This document shows, piece after piece, positions 59,940-64,000 of a stretch of 64,000 bases of DNA. Origin of the DNA: Escherichia phage vB_EcoM-101117BS1; sequence record MZ234018.1, one strand, 5' to 3'. The position numbers and the translations under genes were made by a program. The first letter of the stretch is position 1; the number at the start of each line of letters is the position of its first letter. The notes beneath the pieces are model-generated. The model searched no databases. It was not told the origin of the DNA and worked only from the letters and a program-made list of their open reading frames with translations.

Positions 59940-60775
59940 AGCCTACTATTTTGACTGATATTGATGGAGTATGTTTAAGCTGGCAATCAGGCCTTCCTTA
60001 TTTTGCTCAGAAATATAATCTTCCGTTAGAACATATTTTAAAAATGATCCAAGATGAGAAATTTATTTCTCCTGGTAAACTCTTTAATTGTGATGAAGAA
60101 CTTGGCGTCAAGTTAATTGAAAAATACAATCGTTCAGATTTTATTCGTTACTTGTCTCCATATAAAGATGCCCTGTGTGTAATTAACAAATTAAAAGAAG
60201 ATTATAATTTTGTAGCTGTTACAGCATTGGGTGATTCTATTGATGCTTTGCTGAATCGTCAATTTAATTTGAATGCTCTTTTTCCTGGTGCCTTCTCAGA
60301 AATATTGATGTGTGGTCATGATTCTTCAAAAGAAGAGTTGTTCAAAAAGGCAAAAGAGAAATATAACGTAATTTGTTATATTGACGATCTCGCTCACCAC
60401 TGCGATCATGCGAGTGAAATATTAAATGTTCCAGTTTATTGGATGGCTCGAGGAGAGCGTGACAGTATTCCAAAAACTGCACAGCGAGTTTATACATGGA
60501 ATGATGTAGAGAATAAGCTTTTTCCATCGAAGGAAAATAAAGAAAGTTTTGATAGTGAAAAATTTATAAAAGATGTAATTGAGAAGATGATCAAAAACGA
60601 TTCTTTTCCTTGGAACACTACCTGGAGAACTCCTGGATTTAATCCTTATAATCATCTATATCATCCATATCAGACACATCCGTTTCAGACATGGAACTAT
60701 ATTAAACCTGGTGGCATAGAGTATTTGTATAATAGACCTACTAGTGGTGATAATATTTTCCAAGGAGCATTCTAA
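59936..60775 (+). CDS. HAD-superfamily phosphatase-like protein with aromatic/His/Pro-rich C-terminal tail
   Basis: Motif I ILTDIDGV at the N-terminus, later YIDD; tail FPWNTTWRTPGFNPYNHLYHPYQTHPFQTWNY. Confidence 0.55.
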   Translation: MKPTILTDIDGVCLSWQSGLPYFAQKYNLPLEHILKMIQDEKFISPGKLFNCDEELGVKLIEKYNRSDFIRYLSPYKDALCVINKLKEDYNFVAVTALGDSIDALLNRQFNLNALFPGAFSEILMCGHDSSKEELFKKAKEKYNVICYIDDLAHHCDHASEILNVPVYWMARGERDSIPKTAQRVYTWNDVENKLFPSKENKESFDSEKFIKDVIEKMIKNDSFPWNTTWRTPGFNPYNHLYHPYQTHPFQTWNYIKPGGIEYLYNRPTSGDNIFQGAF

Positions 60776-61044
60776 TGTTTGTCGTTCACACTATTTATGA
60801 AAATGAAGGTAATACTACACGTGATTACGGTCACGTAAATCAATTTTTTAGATGCAATCCAGAATTCCGAGCTCAAAAAGACGAACGAATTTTTAAAAAA
60901 TGTGTAGAGCAAGGTTTCATTTACGTCAAGCACTGGATGCAAGGAAATAAAGTTAGAACAACGTACCACAGGTCTTTGACTGAGCTTAATGATGAATTGA
61001 TTTATAATAGAGCTGTAAACCAAACTCTAAAGGATGAACAATGA
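60775..61044 (+). CDS. hypothetical protein (89 aa)
   Basis: AAGGAG RBS; ends at the ligase start. Confidence 0.55.
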   Translation: MFVVHTIYENEGNTTRDYGHVNQFFRCNPEFRAQKDERIFKKCVEQGFIYVKHWMQGNKVRTTYHRSLTELNDELIYNRAVNQTLKDEQ

Positions 61045-62504
61045 TTCTTAAAATTCTGAACGAAATAGCATCTATTGGTTCAACTAAGCAGAAGCAAGCA
61101 ATTCTTGAAAAGAATAAAGATAATGAATTGCTTAAACGAGTATATCGTCTGACTTATTCTCGTGGGTTACAGTATTATATCAAGAAATGGCCTAAACCTG
61201 GTATTGCTACCCAGAGTTTTGGAATGTTGACTCTTACCGATATGCTTGACTTCATTGAATTCACGTTAGCTACTCGGAAATTGACTGGAAATGCGGCGAT
61301 TGAGGAATTAACTGGATACATCACCGATGGTAAAAAAGATGATGTTGAAGTTTTGCGTCGGGTGATGATGCGAGACCTTGAATGCGGTGCATCAGTATCT
61401 ATTGCAAATAAAGTTTGGCCAGGTTTAATTCCTGAACAACCTCAAATGCTGGCAAGTTCTTATGATGAAAAAGGCATTAATAAGAATATCAAATTTCCAG
61501 CCTTTGCCCAATTAAAAGCTGATGGAGCTCGGTGCTTTGCCGAAGTCAGAGGTGATGAATTAGATGATGTTCGTCTTTTATCACGAGCTGGCAATGAATA
61601 TCTAGGATTAGATCTTCTTAAGGAAGAGTTAATCAAAATGACTGCTGAAGCCCGCCAGATTCATCCAGAAGGTGTGTTAATTGATGGCGAATTGGTATAC
61701 CATGAGCAAGTTGAAAAGGAACCAGAAGGCCTAGATTTTCTTTTTGATGCTTATCCTGAAATTAGTAAAGCTAAAGAATTCGCCGAAGTAGCTGAATCAC
61801 GTACTGCATCTAATGGCATCGCCAATAAATCTTTAAAGGGAACCATTTCTGAAAAAGAAGCACAATGCATGAAGTTTCAGGTCTGGGACTATGTTCCATT
61901 AGTAGAAATATATGGTCTTCCAGCATTTCGTTTAAAATATGATGTACGTTTTTCTAAACTAGAACAAATGACATCAGGCTATGATAAAGTAATTTTAATT
62001 GAAAACCAAGTAGTAAATAACCTAGATGAAGCTAAGGTAATTTACAAAAAGTATATTGACCAAGGTCTTGAAGGTATTATTCTCAAAAATATCGATGGAT
62101 TATGGGAAAATGCTCGTTCAAAAAATCTCTATAAATTTAAAGAAGTAATTGATGTTGATTTAAAAATTGTAGGAATTTATCCTCACCGTAAAGACCCTAC
62201 TAAAGCAGGTGGTTTCGTTCTTGAATCAGAGTGTGGAAAAATTAAAGTAAATGCTGGTTCAGGCTTAAAAGATAAAGCCGGTGTAAAATCGCATGAACTT
62301 GATCGTACTCGCATTATGGAAAATCAAAATTATTATATTGGAAAAATTCTAGAGTGCGAATGCAACGGTTGGTTAAAATCTGATGGTCGCACTGATTACG
62401 TTAAATTATTTCTTCCGATTGCGATTCGTTTACGTGAAGATAAAACTAAAGCTAATACGTTCGAAGATGTATTTGGCGATTTTCATGAGGTAACTGGTTT
62501 ATGA
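61041..62504 (+). CDS. 30: ATP-dependent DNA ligase
   Basis: 487 aa; adenylation motif I KADG; MILKILNEIASIGSTKQKQAILEKNKDNELLKRVYRL. Confidence 0.95.
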   Translation: MILKILNEIASIGSTKQKQAILEKNKDNELLKRVYRLTYSRGLQYYIKKWPKPGIATQSFGMLTLTDMLDFIEFTLATRKLTGNAAIEELTGYITDGKKDDVEVLRRVMMRDLECGASVSIANKVWPGLIPEQPQMLASSYDEKGINKNIKFPAFAQLKADGARCFAEVRGDELDDVRLLSRAGNEYLGLDLLKEELIKMTAEARQIHPEGVLIDGELVYHEQVEKEPEGLDFLFDAYPEISKAKEFAEVAESRTASNGIANKSLKGTISEKEAQCMKFQVWDYVPLVEIYGLPAFRLKYDVRFSKLEQMTSGYDKVILIENQVVNNLDEAKVIYKKYIDQGLEGIILKNIDGLWENARSKNLYKFKEVIDVDLKIVGIYPHRKDPTKAGGFVLESECGKIKVNAGSGLKDKAGVKSHELDRTRIMENQNYYIGKILECECNGWLKSDGRTDYVKLFLPIAIRLREDKTKANTFEDVFGDFHEVTGL

Positions 62505-62689
62505 AAGCTTACTTAGAAACAATTGTCGTGGCTCAAAAAGAAGGTGGAGATGTTTCTACTTCTGTATCACAAATCATGATTGAATTTATAGATGCATATG
62601 CTTATAATAAATTCACAGAAACATTTGATGCCTATGAAAAAGGTCCAAAGTTTGAAATATATCGTACTCTCTTACCAATAGATTATTAA
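62501..62689 (+). CDS. hypothetical protein (62 aa)
   Basis: ATGA overlap with the ligase stop. Confidence 0.5.
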   Translation: MKAYLETIVVAQKEGGDVSTSVSQIMIEFIDAYAYNKFTETFDAYEKGPKFEIYRTLLPIDY

Positions 62690-62710
62690 AGGCCTTCGGG
62701 CCTTTAATTT
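62688..62710 (+). terminator. intrinsic terminator
   Basis: AAAGGCC-TTCG-GGCCTTT followed by AATTTTAT. Confidence 0.6.
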
Positions 62711-62718
62711 TATAAATA
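62711..62718 (+). promoter_or_regulatory. late promoter (TATAAATA) for alt
   Basis: Exact TATAAATA about 20 bp upstream of the alt ATG. Confidence 0.55.
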
Positions 62719-62738
62719 GAATAAACACTAGAGAGGAT

Positions 62739-64000
62739 ATGATGGAACTCATTACAGAATTATTTGACGAAGATACTACTCTTCCGATTACAAACTTAAA
62801 TCCAAAGAAGAAAATACCACAAATTTTTTCAGTTCATGTTGATGATGCAATTGAACAACCAGGCTTTCGTTTATGTACCTATACATCTGGAGGTGATACT
62901 AATCGTGATTTAAAAATGGGCGACAAAATGATGCATATTGTTCCTTTTACATTAACTGCTAAAGGTTCAATTGCTAAATTAAAAGGTCTTGGTCCAAGCC
63001 CAATTAATTATATCAATTCAGTTTTTACTGTTGCAATGCAAACAATGCGTCAATATAAAATTGATGCTTGTATGCTTCGTATTCTTAAGTCTAAAACTGC
63101 CGGCCAAGCTCGACAAATTCAAGTTATTGCTGATAGACTTATCCGTAGTCGTTCAGGTGGCAGATACGTCCTTCTTAAGGAACTCTGGGATTATGATAAA
63201 AAGTATGCATATATTCTTATACATCGCAAAAATGTATCACTAGAAGACATTCCAGGGGTTCCGGAAATTAGTACCGAGCTCTTTACTAAGGTTGAATCGA
63301 AGGTCGGTGATGTTTATATTAATAAAGATACTGGAGCTCAAGTAACCAAAAATGAAGCAATTGCAGCATCTATTGCGCAAGAAAATGATAAACGTTCTGA
63401 CCAAGCTGTAATCGTTAAAGTTAAAATTTCCCGTAGAGCAATTGCACAAAGCCAGTCATTGGAATCTTCTAGATTTGAAAGTGAATTATTCCAGAAGTAT
63501 GAATCTACAGCAGCTAATTTTAATAAACCAGCTACTGCACCTTTAATTCCCGAAGCAGAAGAAATGAAAATTGGAATTAATTCATTAGCTTCTAAAACAA
63601 AGGCAGCAAAAATTATTGCTGAAGGAACGGAAGATGAACTTCACTATGATTATAAATTCTTTCCAATGAGTCAAGTCGGTGAAGTTTCAGAAAAAATTAA
63701 AGAAGTAATTTTTAATGCAATTAAAAATGAACCAACTACTTCAATAAAATGTTTAGAGAAATACGCAGCAGCTATAAATCAATTCTTTGAAGATTATAAA
63801 GATAAATGGCTTGCTAATCATAATAAAAATCGTAAAGGACAACCAGATGAAGTCTGGGAAGAAATAACTAAAAATTCCTGGAACGCAGCAAAAACTAAAT
63901 TCCTCAAACGAATGATTTACAGTTTTTCTGGAATTGGTGCTGGTCCAATGATTGATATTACTATTGCCCGCGATGGTTCTAAATATACTCCATCACAAAA
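62739..64000 (+). CDS. alt: Alt ADP-ribosyltransferase (packaged), N-terminal about 420 codons; continues past the window
   Basis: Open frame to the window end; MMELITELFDEDTTLPITNLNPKKKIPQIFSVHVDDAIEQPGF...; not in the ORF track because no stop is reached. Confidence 0.85.
   Translation, partial: MMELITELFDEDTTLPITNLNPKKKIPQIFSVHVDDAIEQPGFRLCTYTSGGDTNRDLKMGDKMMHIVPFTLTAKGSIAKLKGLGPSPINYINSVFTVAMQTMRQYKIDACMLRILKSKTAGQARQIQVIADRLIRSRSGGRYVLLKELWDYDKKYAYILIHRKNVSLEDIPGVPEISTELFTKVESKVGDVYINKDTGAQVTKNEAIAASIAQENDKRSDQAVIVKVKISRRAIAQSQSLESSRFESELFQKYESTAANFNKPATAPLIPEAEEMKIGINSLASKTKAAKIIAEGTEDELHYDYKFFPMSQVGEVSEKIKEVIFNAIKNEPTTSIKCLEKYAAAINQFFEDYKDKWLANHNKNRKGQPDEVWEEITKNSWNAAKTKFLKRMIYSFSGIGAGPMIDITIARDGSKYTPSQ

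Overview
The window reads as one contiguous segment of a T-even (T4-like, Tequatrovirus-type) myovirus genome, not a bacterial chromosome. Gene order is colinear with the T4 map: the 3' end of helicase gene 41, dmd, sp, primase 61, 56, soc, modB/modA, srd, dda, dexA, motB, topoisomerase 39, rIIA, rIIB, denB, ndd, stp/ac, 52, motA, arn and asiA on the + strand; the late tail-fibre block t-38-37-36-35-34 on the - strand; then rnh, dsbA, 33, 59, 32, frd, td, nrdA, nrdB, denA, rnlA, alc, pseT, cd, 31, rIII, the 30.x cluster, DNA ligase 30 and the 5' part of alt on the + strand. About 110 tightly packed ORFs, many with overlapping stop/start codons, are interspersed with GTTTAC/TATAAT early promoters, MotA-box middle promoters, TATAAATA late promoters and GC hairpin terminators. 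Differences from reference T4 visible in the sequence: gene 39 is one fused ORF (no gene 60 split), td and nrdB are uninterrupted (no group I introns), there are no seg/mob homing-endonuclease ORFs, and no Dam-like methylase ORF where T4 carries dam. I find no rRNA, tRNA, CRISPR array, integrase or transposon. I do not see a clearly unprecedented multi-gene system. The best leads are a NADAR-like ORF beside a HAD phosphatase in the 30.x cluster, the 61.2/61.1 paralog module bounded by a 48-bp direct repeat, an antisense membrane-peptide ORF at the locus where T4 has dam, repeated promoter/leader cassettes, and tandem repeats in the gp37 fibre tip. All assignments rest on motifs, ORF lengths, synteny and my recollection of T4 proteins; no database search was run.
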